In this document: positions 31,501 to 48,880 of the stretch, in pieces | How the letters are laid out: every line of letters begins with the position of its first letter | Numbering within the stretch: position 1 is the first letter of the stretch | From: Chrysomallon squamiferum | Lineage: Eukaryota > Animalia > Mollusca | DNA length: 64,000 nucleotides | Direction of reading: 5' to 3' | NCBI GenBank assembly: GCA_012295275.1 | Contig: CM022671.1 | Span: 24,862,001-24,926,000, forward strand | Made by a program: the position numbers and the translations under genes | The notes under the pieces: model-generated | Told to the model about the DNA's origin: nothing | What the model saw: the letters and a program-made list of their open reading frames with translations, nothing else | Database searches by the model: none

Positions 31501-33818
31501 GGACTAATTACCACACAGTGTGTAATGTTGCTGTAAATTGGTATTGAACTGACTGTGCTCTGTAATTTCCCGTTGTATTCACAAATAGGAATTTTTTTTT
31601 ATGATAATTATGTCCATATCTGTCTTGCCCAGTAACATGTATTTGATACGCCCAAGTCGAAGGATGCTTTGCTTATTCAAGAAATGGGTGTGGCACATAT
31701 TTAGAAAAAAAAAAAAAAAAAAAAAAAAAAAAACAAAAAAAAAGGTTTCTTGTTGAAAGAATATTATTATTATTGTTTGTTGTTGTTGTTGTTGTTGTTG
31801 TTGTTATTATTATTATCATTATTATTATTATTATTTATTGAAGAGTCACTGTGACATAAGCGACGACTAATAGATTTAGACGAAAATTCGAAGTTTCGGA
31901 TTTAATGAATGTAATATGTACATATGTCACCTAGATACGACATAATAACTGTATTCGGTAAATGTTTCGCGATGTTTTAGAACTTGCATTAGTTAATATG
32001 TAATTTGAAAAAAAAAAAAAAAAAAAAAAAAAATTATCTTTCGTTCTTTTTGTCTGGGATTGGTTTCTTGTCAGCCTGAATGAACTATCGTTCTAGAAAA
32101 TTCCGTTTGATCCAAGGCAACCTTCCATCTGAAAATATACAGACTAAACTAATGAACATTTCTGCTATAATAAAAGAAAAACATGTCGTACGACTCACAT
32201 TTATAAACATACCCATATTACCATCTTATTTACTTTATTTTCGGGAACAGTACAGGATTATCTCGCGTTTATGAGTTGGAAAATACAGCATCTAACCAGC
32301 TGATTCGAAGGATGTGAAAAAATAACGATACGAGAGTATCATAAAGAATTCGTTCATACTAGAAATACTTTAGCTTGATACTGTAGAATAATAAAATAAA
32401 CAATAAGGTAAAATAAAACAAAATAAACTTTATTTTCAAAAATTAAAGTTTTTTTAAAGTTTCATTTTTGAAAAATAAAGGCATGAACATTTTATTTTCA
32501 GAAAATGAAATCTGAAAAGATTTACAGATTAAAGGTGTTTCACCATTTTCTTATGTTACCTGAGTTCTCGATAATATTGAATAAAGTTTTCTAACGTTCG
32601 CCGATATCACCCTACTTTCTGATAATCAATACTTCACTGTTAACAAAACTGCAGCAGAAACACATTCCATACTTATTGAGAGAGAAAAAAATAGAATTTG
32701 AACTTGCAATACCTCCAGAAGCTATTCTGATGCTCAGATTTACAACGTACAATAAGTAAATACGCTTGTTCTTTGTACAGTTTTGCAAGTCACTCTAAAG
32801 CACCAACATTTCAGCTACAATAAAAGAAAGAACTCAAACGTTTATAAACATACCCATGTTACAATGAATTATTCAGTATTAAGTCGTGACCGGCCCTGGG
32901 GCTATTGCCGCTCCAGCTGATGTTCAAGAAGATTTCCTTTGTGTTTCACAGTGTGATCACCATTATAGAGATAATTAATAACAACGTTACAGAAACGTTT
33001 ACACATTTTTAAAAGGAATCGTTAACATATTATTTGATCGCGCGCACTCTGAATTCGAACGATACACGTTTTGACTATCCAGACAGTTTTTGTACTGTGC
33101 TGATCACGTCATACTTTGCATCATACGTTTTCAAAAATAGTTTCCTATTTGTAGATGAATCTGACACACCTAAACGCACACACGGACACACACACACACA
33201 CACCGAGTGAGAGACAGAGAGAGAAATTCATACACATATATATGCATATGCTTGTGCTGTCAATCATATTGCATCAAAGATTTCTCGGGCGTTGTCCAAT
33301 TGGTAGCCAGAATTATTTTCTTTATTAATTTTTTTTAATTTTTCACTATAACAGATATACCAGAGAAATTAATTAATCACTGTTTCTTGTAGGTAAGTGG
33401 TAAAACATTCAGGGGATGTTTTCTTATATGTTTCGAATATGCGTTTTGATCAAAATACAAAGTTTTAAAATCTATCCACTGGTAAAATGACAAAACTAAT
33501 GAATCCGATAAAAAATTGTTTTATGATTTACTGCAAGACAAGACAAATTATGACAAAGGAGAGCAAAAAAAAAAAAAAGAATATATTAAGCATTATATAT
33601 ACTGAACACGAATTCGAATCAGACGACTTTATATTTCTTTGATTTAATAGACTCTTTGCATAAAATACTTTCGAATTAGAGGACATTGCATTATTCCAAA
33701 GAGAGGAATATACGCAGTTAATATAAAGAGCGTTCTTACCTCTGCATACAGTGCAAATGGATGAAATTAGTTACACCTGAATGCTTTCATCACAATAAAA
33801 TGTTTGTGCAACTCTAAC

Positions 33819-34752
33819 ATGGCTACAAATGAAAACAACACTGCCGTAATAATAATACCAGTGAGTGTTATAGGATTCGGTTCATCCATTGTTTTTTGCG
33901 GTCTTTCAAACAATGTCTTCATTTTAATAATTCTTATAAAATCTAAAATGGCTGCGGACGTTGTGGGACATTTTATGGTCAATGAAATCCTGGCTGACAT
34001 ATTGCTGGTTGTAATAACAGCAGTAATGCTCAGTGTTGGCTTCTACACGCAAAACGTGATGATTGGATATGTTTTGGCAACAGGTTTCGCATCTGTTAAA
34101 TGTTTTTCTCTAACGGGATTAAGCGTTGTGTTGAGTATTGCTATTCGCGACCCGTTCAGATATCACGTTCATATTTCAGTGAAGAAAGTGAAGATATTTC
34201 TGGCGTTGACTTGGTTATGGATTCCTGTCGTGATGTGTTATGTATTTCTAGAAGGAACGTACTATGTGGTGAATGAATATTCTAAAAGAATGGACCCAAA
34301 TTACACCTCTAAAAACTGGTGGGTTGGAGCTCTGAATATGTCAGGTGTGTCTGGCGTTCCCTTTATTATCGTTACTGTCTGTGTTGTTAAAATTGTCATA
34401 CACCAGAAATCTGCCATTTTGAACAAACGTACTAACAGTAAAATAACGGAAAGCAAAGTTCGTTTGGTCAAGTTAAACACGATCGTGTTCATATTTCACA
34501 TTTTGTCTCAAGTTCCACTTCACATCATTTTTTCTCTACACACAGTGGAACCGCACATTACTGAACTCAACGATTTTGTTTTATTTCATGTATCCGTTGA
34601 CGAAACTCTTTTTGTATTTAGCTTTGATGAAACATTTTAGACGTACGTCAATGAAAATGTGTGGATGTGACTGTTCCAGCAAAAGAGACGATACAAAGAT
34701 AGCGGCGATTTCTGTTAAGGCAAAGGAAAACGTCCAGCTGGATATTGTATAA
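33819..34752 (+). CDS. Intronless rhodopsin-like 7TM receptor, copy B1 (one +1 frameshift as assembled)
   Basis: Nearly identical to B3; extra G at 34547-34548 (GTGGAAC vs GTGAAC); corrected frame gives YPLTKLFLYLALMKHFRR...NVQLDIV*. Confidence 0.8.
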
Positions 34753-35929
34753 ACAGGAACACTAGAAATGTTGGAAAATACCAAAAGTTTTTAAATTCAA
34801 TTACAGTTCAAGCAGTGAATTGTCAAATGTCAACATCAGATGACACGAAAATGTGCACCATAGAATAAAATATTAACTTGCTCTGGGAAATAAAAACTTA
34901 TTGAAAAGTATTATAATCAGTATCAGATAATAAGAATTTTTTGGTAAGATACTCACTTTAAAAGCCTTATATCTGATTTCTAAGTGTGCTATCGTCGTAT
35001 AATTATTTCTGAACAAAATATTTAAATGTTGGTAGTTTCCAACATTTCTGTTTAGATGATCCTGTACAGTGTGTTGTATAAAAAGAGAGAAGTTTAAATA
35101 TTCTTATTTGTAAAACTAAAACTATTTTGTGTTGTCTTTATGATTTCCTCTTCAGTGCTAGTTAAGTAATAATGAATTATTTGTTTAATAGTTAATGTCT
35201 GGCTTTAAGTGTTAAGATTTTTTTTGACAGCATTTTAACAATTTTAAGAAATTAAAAGCACTGCTTATGCTTCATTTCTTATTAGCGGCAAACAAAATGA
35301 TACAGACAGGAAACCACAGAGTACGTGGTTTGATCAAACAGACGCCACAAGATGCTGGACAGAACAACAGTTAGCTAATGAACACATCAAGCAAAGCTCC
35401 TGTATAACCGTTCTCAGGTTTGTGTTTTAACCATTAAACTAAAGCCCGTTCAGATTTAAATACGTAACTAAAGAGACAATATGGTCATTCCGTATCAGAT
35501 CATTCAGGGCTTAACGTCACCGTCTTTGATTTTTCCAAAATTTGGTAGGCAGTTCGGACTTGGCATAAGTAGTCCAAATATTAGGTCAACCGGTAGTTTT
35601 GGAGCTATGAGTACTCGAATTTTTAGTTTTAGGTCATTTCAAGGTCACATGGGCCTCAAGGTCAAATTCAAGATCAAAAGGGATTCAAAATTTAGCTTGC
35701 ACGTATCAAGAAAATAATAAGAGATTTGGAATCCTTATCAAATTAACTTTCCGGCGACACGGAAATCATCAAAACATCAACATCGACTCACTAGTTATCA
35801 TGTCAGGATCAAAAGATTGGCGGTCACGTCCAGTTTTTAGCAAAAAGCCAAAATTCGAGCGCCTACAGCTCCAGAACTACTGCTCCGATAGAACTAATGT
35901 TTGAGAACTAATTTTAGAAAAATCGCAAA

Positions 35930-39160
<3,231 letters not shown>

Positions 39161-41681
39161 ACAGTGAACCGCACATTACTGAACTCAACGATTTTGTTTT
39201 ATTTCATGTATCCGTTGACGAAACTCTTTTTGTATTTAGCTTTGATGAGACACTTTAGACGAACGGCAATGAAAATATGTGGATGTGACTGTTCCAGCAA
39301 AAAGACGTCAGTAAAGTCGGTGGCGATAGCGTTTAGGAGAAACATGGATTATAATATGAGTAATGTTCAACTAAATACTTTGACAGCAGCAGAGTAGAAA
39401 TTCTTCAAAATTTGCAGCTGTTTAAACAAGATTTTAATGGAGGAATTGATATAAGGGATTCTCAAACAGTTAACATACAAAACGATAATAATGCTGTTAA
39501 CCGAACTATGAGCTTGACCGTTGAAAACAAATCTTTGGAAATTACTGAGTTCATCATCAAAGAAAATAAATTTCTTGAATGGATGAATACTTGATGTCAA
39601 AGACACTCTAGCAGTCTGTGAAATGATTGTACCAATTTAGTAATGTAATTTTATGCTTCATAATTTCTGAATTCCCTGAATACGTAATTGTTCCTAGTTT
39701 TCGTTGTTTCTCTTTACTTGTTATCAGTAGTACTTAGTAGTTTTTCACAAATACAGTTATGTCCACGGCTTTTTGTTTTTCTTAAATGTTACTTAACTAG
39801 CAATAAACTGGTTAACATCACCTTAATTTTTAACATTTTGTTTATTTTAATGATAATGATAATTATTTGTTTTAAATTTCTTACTTTTTTTTATTTATGT
39901 CAGAAATATTTATAATCAGTTATTTTAAATATTTAACACTTTTACAAAAAACATGTTTGTCACTATATGTTTAAAATGTCTAACTCTTGTTTCAGAGATA
40001 TTTATAGCTATTTATTTAATATGTTTAACACTTGTGGTTTTTTTTTTTAAAGAGCCTTCTATTCGCATGACAGAAATGCGGAAAATCTAGAAAATCGGTT
40101 ACTTTTGTATTACACGTGCTTTGTTTTAGCTTCCGTGACGCCAGATCAAACTAAAAGTGTCACCGTGTATATGTTATCTTATCACAATAAGTTATTATTC
40201 ATTCTCGTTTTTATTTATTATCATTTCTAAAAAAAAAAAAAAAACTAGCAGAACCAACTTGCTTATGAAAAGTGTATTATATACTGGTATTTTATGAATT
40301 ACAGATTATTTGATAAATATCGAACAGACTCGGCTTTAAAACTGTGTTAATCTTTATCTGTTAAATTTTGTATTTTTCGTTTATGTTATGTTTTAAGTAA
40401 AGATTTAGCATCTGTGCAGAAATTCGACAAAACGAGAAATTCGTGCCATCTCAAGTCCCGAGTTTGCCGAGAGATTGTCCGGTGCCTCTGTAACTATTTG
40501 TTTCAATTTTTTAACTTTCTGTTTTACAACAGCTCAGCAAATTTTATTAGTTGATGTCGTTTAGCATGATAATGATAAGCTTCGGCTGTTCTTTCTGATT
40601 AACAGCAAATAATCTTTTATAGACAGGAAATCAGACACTACGGGGTTTTAAATTGAATTTAAACAGCTGTCCATAATTTTTGTCACTGAAAATAACAGTG
40701 CTTTACTCAACGATGTTAATACAAAAATGAATGCGGATATGTCCAGTATATGCGTCTGTTCACTGTGAATAATATTTGTGAATAAAAACGTATAAAATAT
40801 TATTATTTTTCCAGCTGTCTGTGACAGTTAAAGATTAACAAAGGGAATAACAGCGGTTCATTTGTCACCATACGATTTACAGTCGAAATAAAAACGCATA
40901 ATGTTTTGTGAAACGGCCAGCATTTTTTTTGAAAATAAATTAGAAAAACAAAATGGACGGGGTGCTATTTTGAGCATCCGGCGAAGACGACTACCAAACT
41001 TTAACTGGCTTTCTGTACAAATTTTGTTTTTACTTTTTGAATCTGACATTAATGAATTTTGTACTTGTACCCCATATACACTTGAAAATCTCAACTTTAG
41101 AGAAAATGCGATAACTTTACAATTACCCCCAAAATGATGATGCACAGATATGTTTAAACTGTGTTCTTTTGTTTCTGTATTTTACTATTAACAGACACAA
41201 CAAAAAAAAAAAAAAAAAAGACCACAAAAAAATATAATAATAACAAAAAAAACCAGAACAACAAACAAAAAACCCAGAACAACAAACAAACAAAACCAAC
41301 ACAACACAACAGAATCAAAACCAAAGCAAAAAAATTTGAAAGTCTTTAGAATATATTTAGCCTATTTCTTCTTATCATCAAAGATACATTTTAAAGATAA
41401 GAACCGTAAAATTAACTTTTTAAAAGTCTGTAATATTAAAAGCCATTAAACGGTAAAACTGAGAAAGACGAAATTTTGCTACTGACAGAGGTCTTGATTC
41501 TAGACATAGAAAATATTTTGACTTTCCTACGATAACCCAGACAGAATCGTCGATGATTAAAACAGGCATATCATTCACAAACGAGGACTGAAGATTAAAC
41601 GGACTGCAAAATAAATATAAAAATAAGTTATAGGTAAAAAAATAAATTACACAATAATAAATAAATAAATAAATGAATGAA

Positions 41682-41736
<55 letters not shown>

Positions 41737-41829
41737 AATACAAATATATAAATAAATAAACAAATAATGAAAAAAAAAAAAAAATGAAGATATTCAAACC
41801 AAAGGCGACAACAAAAAGCGAAAAGGAAA

Positions 41830-42330
41830 ATAAAAAAATATCAATCAATAAAAGATTTTTTTTTTGTTATATTAATATTAATTTCGATTATTAATTTCAA
41901 AAACGAAAAAGCTGCAGTTTTCTTTCATCTTTCGGTCCTCAAAAGATTTTAATATGTTCTTAATATTAATACTTAAAAAAATTAATTTTCTATGTAGGTT
42001 TTTTTTTTATTCAATCCTGGCGATTGATTTGGTAAATACCTTTACATTTATTACAAATGTAATATTTTGCAGTAATAATTACAATTTTAATTCAGTAAGC
42101 TTTATTGTGTTTTGAAGCTGTGACTGCAGTGTGTTTCAAATTTCTGAAGTTTAATAATGTTGCTTTCTTTCTTTCGAGGAACTGTTGCGTCAGAAAGGAA
42201 AACAAAAAATAAAGAAATACTGATGTCCGTATTCATTATAATTGTTAAGAATTAAAAAAAAGAAGAAATCAATAATTATAAAATTTAAACAAAGGAACAC
42301 TGACATCCACAGTAAAAGAAAGAAACTGAA
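41830..42330. repeat. Third copy of a segment also found at ~57650-58030 (direct) and ~61240-61660 (inverted)
   Basis: Shared caaaagattttaatatgttcttaatattaatacttaaaa...tatgtaggtttt...gattgatttggtaaa.acctttaca. Confidence 0.8.
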
Positions 42331-42469
42331 ATTAATTTGTTGTTCTTGTTATTATTATTACTGTTATTATTAAAAGTTTCTTTTCCTATTAAAAAATGAC
42401 AATAAAATAGAAAACAAAAGAAAGAAACTGATTATAATGAAATAAGAATATTCCCTTTAGAAACTGTAC

Positions 42470-42621
<152 letters not shown>

Positions 42622-43819
42622 GAGAGAGAACAAAAGGGATATGTATATATGTGTATGTTCCGGCAGGTGCATGTGTGTTCATGAACCTGTCGGATATTCA
42701 AATTATTATAATTATTTTAAATACTGATTATTATTTTCAATCAGATTCAATTTTGAAAGTAAAACTTTCACAAAACACGATGAATGAAATTAAAATAATG
42801 AAATGGACACACGCATATCTTTTAAAAAAATTTATAATCTTCAGCGGTATTAATAACTTATTTATTTGTTTATCTCGCAGTCAGTTGAAACACGTTTCAG
42901 CAGTTTCAACGAACAAGAATGATTACGATTCCACTTCTAAATCAAATGTCTGAATTTAAAACATGTTGAGAGAGATCTCTAGCTTAGAAATGTTATTTAA
43001 TTATTTTGGTCAAACTTTCGTGTCTCCTAATAAAGTAGTGCAAACATATGATACTGTTAGGAAAGATCTGAACTCCGCTATTTTATCCTTTCACAATGTC
43101 GTCATCTCGTACTAGGCGAGCTAAGATATATATATATATAGATATATATACTATTTTGCTAAGAACAGCAGCAGAAACTTCAGAGAAAATGTTTCGCTCT
43201 ATATTGATTATATTATGAGCAAAAAAATAAAAAATAAAAATAGAGTGCGCTCGAACCTTTTTAAACTGCACTTAAGTTTAATATTGGACGAAAAAGAACA
43301 AATAAAACAATAGTTGAAATTTTGTAGTTATATTTAAATTATCTTTTTTATCATCAAAATTATACTTCAATGAAATACAAACAAATATAAGAAAAATGAA
43401 ATAACAACACGTAAAGCTAATACCCTATTGACGACCAATATGGCTTATATTTCCCCATACTTATGACGGTTACAAAAAGAAACAAAAGAAAAAAATTAAG
43501 AAAATTAGATAAACGCGTGATTCATTTCCTTTACTGTATGTGTTGTGTAGCATAATCAGAAACCGCTGTGTACTATTTCAAAAACAAACAGTCTTCAGTA
43601 AATTCCAAGTAAAATCCATTCCGGACTAAACTAACAAATCATTATATTAAACAGTTTTTTTTTTTCTGTACGGTATGTTAAGAAAAATGAATATACATTG
43701 CAAACAACGCAGTCTGTTCATAATCATTTTTCATCCATGTGGCTTTGAACACAGTATGTTTTGTTTTTCGTTTCTTTCTTTGTTGTCTTTCGATCTCATT
43801 ATTATTATCATTTTTCATT

Positions 43820-43858
<39 letters not shown>

Positions 43859-43930
43859 TTCGTTTTAACTTTGAAAAAAGATAATTTTATAGTCACAAGT
43901 AAATATTACAATGGAGCTGTATTGAATGAA

Positions 43931-43977
<47 letters not shown>

Positions 43978-44339
43978 ACCGAACTTGTAGTGGAATATAA
44001 GCTGGAATTAATTAATCCATATCATCCATATCATCCAACATAAAACACTAAACATCTTACTCTATTGCAAGAACCGTAAATATGGACGACATCTGTCGTT
44101 GTAATAATATTATTATCAACATTATAACACAAACTCTATCTCGAGTTAACTCCCCGTATACAGTCTATTGCTAGTTTTATTTTTTCATTTAAAAATTAAC
44201 ATTTAAAACAATTTACGATGGAAATAACATCACATATGTTCAGTGTTGCACATTTTCAGATGGTCCAAGTAATGGCGCGCAAGATAACAGGATTTGTTTC
44301 CATTCAGAAAAACAATAAATTGTTAGAAAATATGTATGT

Positions 44340-44545
44340 AATTTTTTAAAGATTTTAAATATTCTCTGTTTATACTTAGGTCTGATTAGACTCTGCACGT
44401 AGAAAATATTCAGGAACGGACAGGCACAGGAGGACAAAATCAAAAACAGGACGTCAAGTCCCCGCCGGATTCCGGTGATGAGACTCGAACGTACGGCACC
44501 CGTACTCTAAAGAAGGAAGAAGTGACGGTCCGGCCAAGAAGACAA
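44340..44545 (-). mobile_element. tRNA-derived SINE copy (same family as 23530-23745); extra 3' fragment at ~44655-44705
   Basis: Reverse complement has A box-like TGGCCGGACCG, B box GTTCGAGTC, then tcatcaccggaatccggcgggg...gattttgtcctcctg...gtgcagag...acagagaatatt matching the 23.6-kb copy. Confidence 0.7.
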
Positions 44546-47401
44546 GCCTAAGAAAGTCTGCTCAAAAACCGATGGTAATCATGGCTTCCCCCGAAACACG
44601 CTGTTCTTTTTGTCTTTCGTATTTTTTGCGGGTGTCTATTTTGGGGATATGTATTTTCGGATTTTGAATATTCTCTGTCATATATGACTAGACTCTGCAC
44701 ATATCAGTCTTCCTAGGTATGTATGTATGTATGTATCAATCTATGTATGTATGGATGTATGTACGTACGTATCTAAGATAAATAAAGGAAAAGAATAACA
44801 CGAAATCAGGTCAGATGAAATACACTTTAAATATTTTCCATTGCTAAAGATGAAATAGAACCATGGTTAGAAATCTAAAGAATCAACGCAGAAGAGCAAA
44901 TCAAATTTCAGAATAAATATTCCGAGGCAAGGGATTTTATTTAATCTTGTAGGAAAAGAGAAAAAAAAACAAAAATTTAAATCAGAACCATTACTCACCC
45001 GAAAGATGAGGAAGGTGATTTTGAAGTCAAGTGTAATATCCCGTTGCTTTACAGAATTCTGAACAGAGGAGATATGTTCTGTCGAGGAATTGGAAATTCT
45101 GGAGATAATATCTCATTCAGTGAACATAAATACCATAAAGATGTGTAAGGAAATAATACAATTTGGTATCACCGTAAATGGATATATCTAAGGTAGCTAT
45201 ACTGGGAATTAGCATAGTCGCTTGTCTGTGGATTTCAGATGGTATTGTTTACTAGAATAATAAACAACGCTGTAAATAGATTTTTTCAGTTGTACTTGTT
45301 TTACTGCAGAGATTGTGGCAAACGGAACCCCAGCGGATGTCTCACCAAGGTGACCAATAAAGAATCATTGCAAAACTGTTTACCAAGAAAACACTGATGG
45401 ACGAAACCACTCACACACATTATTGTAATCAGCCTCTAAACTGATTCTAACAAAACGAACATTTAGAAATTTTCAGTACTGCAAATCATCCCGTTTTTCA
45501 AATGCGCTCAACATTTAGTGACACGGTAAAGTACAAAATGAATAAAAACATTTTACTATGTATATGGTGTCACCATTGTTGCTGCTGCTACTATTGCTCT
45601 TGTTACTACTACTACTACTACTACTACTACTTTATTAGTACTGCTTGTACAACTGTAACAAATACTACTACAAACTGTACTACTACTCCATCGTGAAAAA
45701 CTATAACATTACGTTATTAATAACTATACTAAGTAAATTAAGCCCTTAACAACAACAACAACAATAATAATAATTTTATTATTACTACTACTACCACTAC
45801 GACATAAAATATTGATATGAGGAAGATATTACGAATTTAAAAAAATATATAAATGGATTTTATCATCCTTGTAATATTCATGAAAAGAGAAAAGCATTAT
45901 TTGTAATTTAATTTCCTTTATATATTTAAAACCGTAGATAGATGATCTATAAACCTTGTAATATGTTTTTATATATACATTAATGTTGAAAGAGTAGTAT
46001 ATACTTTTTCTACTTTAGTTTCTTCTTGCAGGATATTTTTAATAGTTCTTTCAAATCCTTTTATACATTACAATTCAGTTATAATTTATAATTTCAATTA
46101 CACAAACGATTCAGTTAAAATATTTTTTCCATACTTAAATTCTGTTTTTTTTTTTTTTTATATGTTATCAGAATTTTTTTTTTTTCAAATTATAAAGAAT
46201 TAAATAAATGTATTTGTACTTCATTATTTCGTCTTAATATTTTTTTCAAAGATAATGACTATTTTATTAACAAAAGAAATAATGTGACTGGTTTCTAACA
46301 ATAACGTTAATTACAAGATAGGATGAAACTAACTACATACAAACACAGATACATAAATAACGCAGAGAAATACGGAGATTTTAAGACAGGCTGTGTAAAA
46401 CCTATAAACCAGCAGTTGAAACGTAGATTATGATTCTTTTCAGAGAAAAATATAAAATAACAAGAACATAAAATATCATTGCTTATCTAAAAAAAAAAAA
46501 AAAAAATAAAAATAAAATGGATCGCAAAACTAATTGCTAATATTTTCTACTAGTACTGTTTACTTGATGAAACGAGAATCTTTCATAACATCACTTTTAT
46601 GAAGTACAGCTATAAATATATCATACTTAAATTAATACATATTCGTTGATAAAATCTTTGTATTAATTTTTAAAATATTTAAAGTTGATCCATATCTTAA
46701 TATAATAAATCTGTCATGTGGTCTCTAGTTATGGCTCAAAACACAGCCAATAACCGAATCACTGAACTCTTTCTATATTTACTGCAAAGCTCCAACCATT
46801 AAACTTCCACAACCCATAAAAAAATAACGTAAGTTAATAAAAATTAATTAATATGGAATATTTTTATAATAACTTATTTCTGTTTTCCATTAACATAATA
46901 ATAAGAAGAAACATTATAAGTAAAAAATGTCTTCTAATTTTTATATATATATATATTTCAAGGTTTCATAAAGATAATCGCAAATACATTAAGATAATGA
47001 AAAATGCAACCCCATTAGCATCAACTAAATAAAACAACAACACACACACACATATGTTTACTTGTATGGTATTAAACTGACATTCGCCGCAAATGAATGA
47101 CATTATCTTAAGTCTGGGAAAGAGGAAGTCCGTGAATTTGTTATCAGCATTTGTTTGATGAAAATATATTGTGTATCTTCCCTACATAAAGTCAAATGAA
47201 AACAGTCAGAAGCACACAAAGAAGAAAAAGAATAAATTTATCTCAGTGAGAAAGCAATTTACTATTATTTTTTCTTTTGAAGAGTAAGAAATTGTGGAAA
47301 GCTATTTTTTACCTTGACTTAAATAACGTTTACTGTGTTTCACTGAAGACGCTGTACAGAGATTTTGTTGTACAGGTAATTTAACTTTAACCAGAGTCGT
47401 C

Positions 47402-48335
47402 ATGAATCACAACATAACCAACATATCTACTGCCTTTTCTGAATATATTTCATTGGTGGCTGGTTCACTTGCAACGTGGGGATTTTCAAACAATTTGTTC
47501 ATATTGCTGATACTTTTCAAATCCAGGATGTGCTATGACGTTATTGGAAGATTCATGACGAACGAAGTTTTGGCTGACATAGGCATAAACATAACAATCG
47601 CGTCATTTCTCGCCTTTGGTCGATTTAACTCGAAAATGCGGATTATATTAGCTTTTAGTAACGCTTTCTCAATCACCAAGTGTTTTTCGCTAATGGGATT
47701 AAGCATTGTGTTGTGCATAGCCATCTGCGATCCTTTCAAATACCAGATTCATATTTCAGTCAAACGAGTGATGATCTACTTGGCAGGGATCTGGATATGG
47801 GTTCCCATATCTCTGACTTACATTCTTTTGGAAGGTACATTTTTTTGCAGTGAATGAACAATCCGGGAAAATGGAAACGAACTATAACTCTAGTAACTGG
47901 TGGGTTGGAGCAATTAACGTATGCGGTTTAGTTGTTTTTCCTTTAATAGTTTTAACAGTTTGCGTGATAAAAATAATTCTACACCAGAAATCTGCCATTT
48001 TGACCAACTGTTATAACAACAGTGCAACAGAAAGTAAAATTCGTGTCGCTAAATTAAAAATTATAATTTTTGTAATGCATATCATGTCTCTGTTACCTTT
48101 TCACATTGTCCGTGCTTTGCATATCAGAAATATGGTAATAAGTATTTTTATAATTTTGCTTTCTTTGATTTACCCTGTGATGAACGTATTTATTTACTTA
48201 ACTCTGATGCGAAATTTCAGAAACACTGCAAAGAAACTTTGCTGTGGATTTCGTGAAATTGCCAAAACAAGCGACAATAAAAAGAATGAAGATACAAAAA
48301 TTAGCAGAGTGAAGCTGCAAACTCTTTGCAGCTGA
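47402..48335 (+). CDS. Intronless rhodopsin-like 7TM receptor, copy C1 (one +1 frameshift as assembled; 310 aa corrected)
   Basis: ORFs 47402-47857 and 47850-48335 join if the T7 run at 47840-47846 is T6 (EGTFFAVNEQSGKM, cf. EGTYYVVNEYSKRM in family B). Confidence 0.82.
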
Positions 48336-48807
48336 GTGTTAGGAAAGCCATCATTGTGAATAGCAATAGTGATATGAATATTTATTTATTTATTATTATT
48401 ATTATTATTTTAGTCTTTTTAAATTTATTATTATTTATATATATATATATTTTGCAAAACACGTTAAAGAGGATGTAGAAGATAAAACTAATTTTAGTGC
48501 AAGTGGTTTTGCTCAAGAGAAAGACAGTTCAAGTGAAAAGTGGAATGGTGCATAATCCAGGATGTTATGATGGTTTATTCCCGAATCTGGCAGTGAGATT
48601 ATAACACATCTTAAATGGACACGCCATTTGTTCTATTCCGTTATGATATGAATTCTGCAAATACTATTTTCCATCGCAGGTTGAATGTCTGGTCTTGAAA
48701 TCGTCATACTGTAACAACATAATTACTAATAAGTATGATAACATTATGGTTTATATTATCGTTCATTGGGGTGCCAGGTATAATGTATATACATTCGTTG
48801 ATTTTTA

Positions 48808-48880
<73 letters not shown>

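Noticed and set aside
30984-32898. Complete hAT element bounded by CAGGGCCG inverted ends
   Set aside because: Flanks (TGTGTATA vs GGGCTATT) give no 8-bp TSD and no transposase is evident; kept only as a low-confidence remnant
40855-41150. GC-richer block with overlapping short ORFs
   Set aside because: No recognisable domain, TIR pair or splice pattern; probably a repeat fragment
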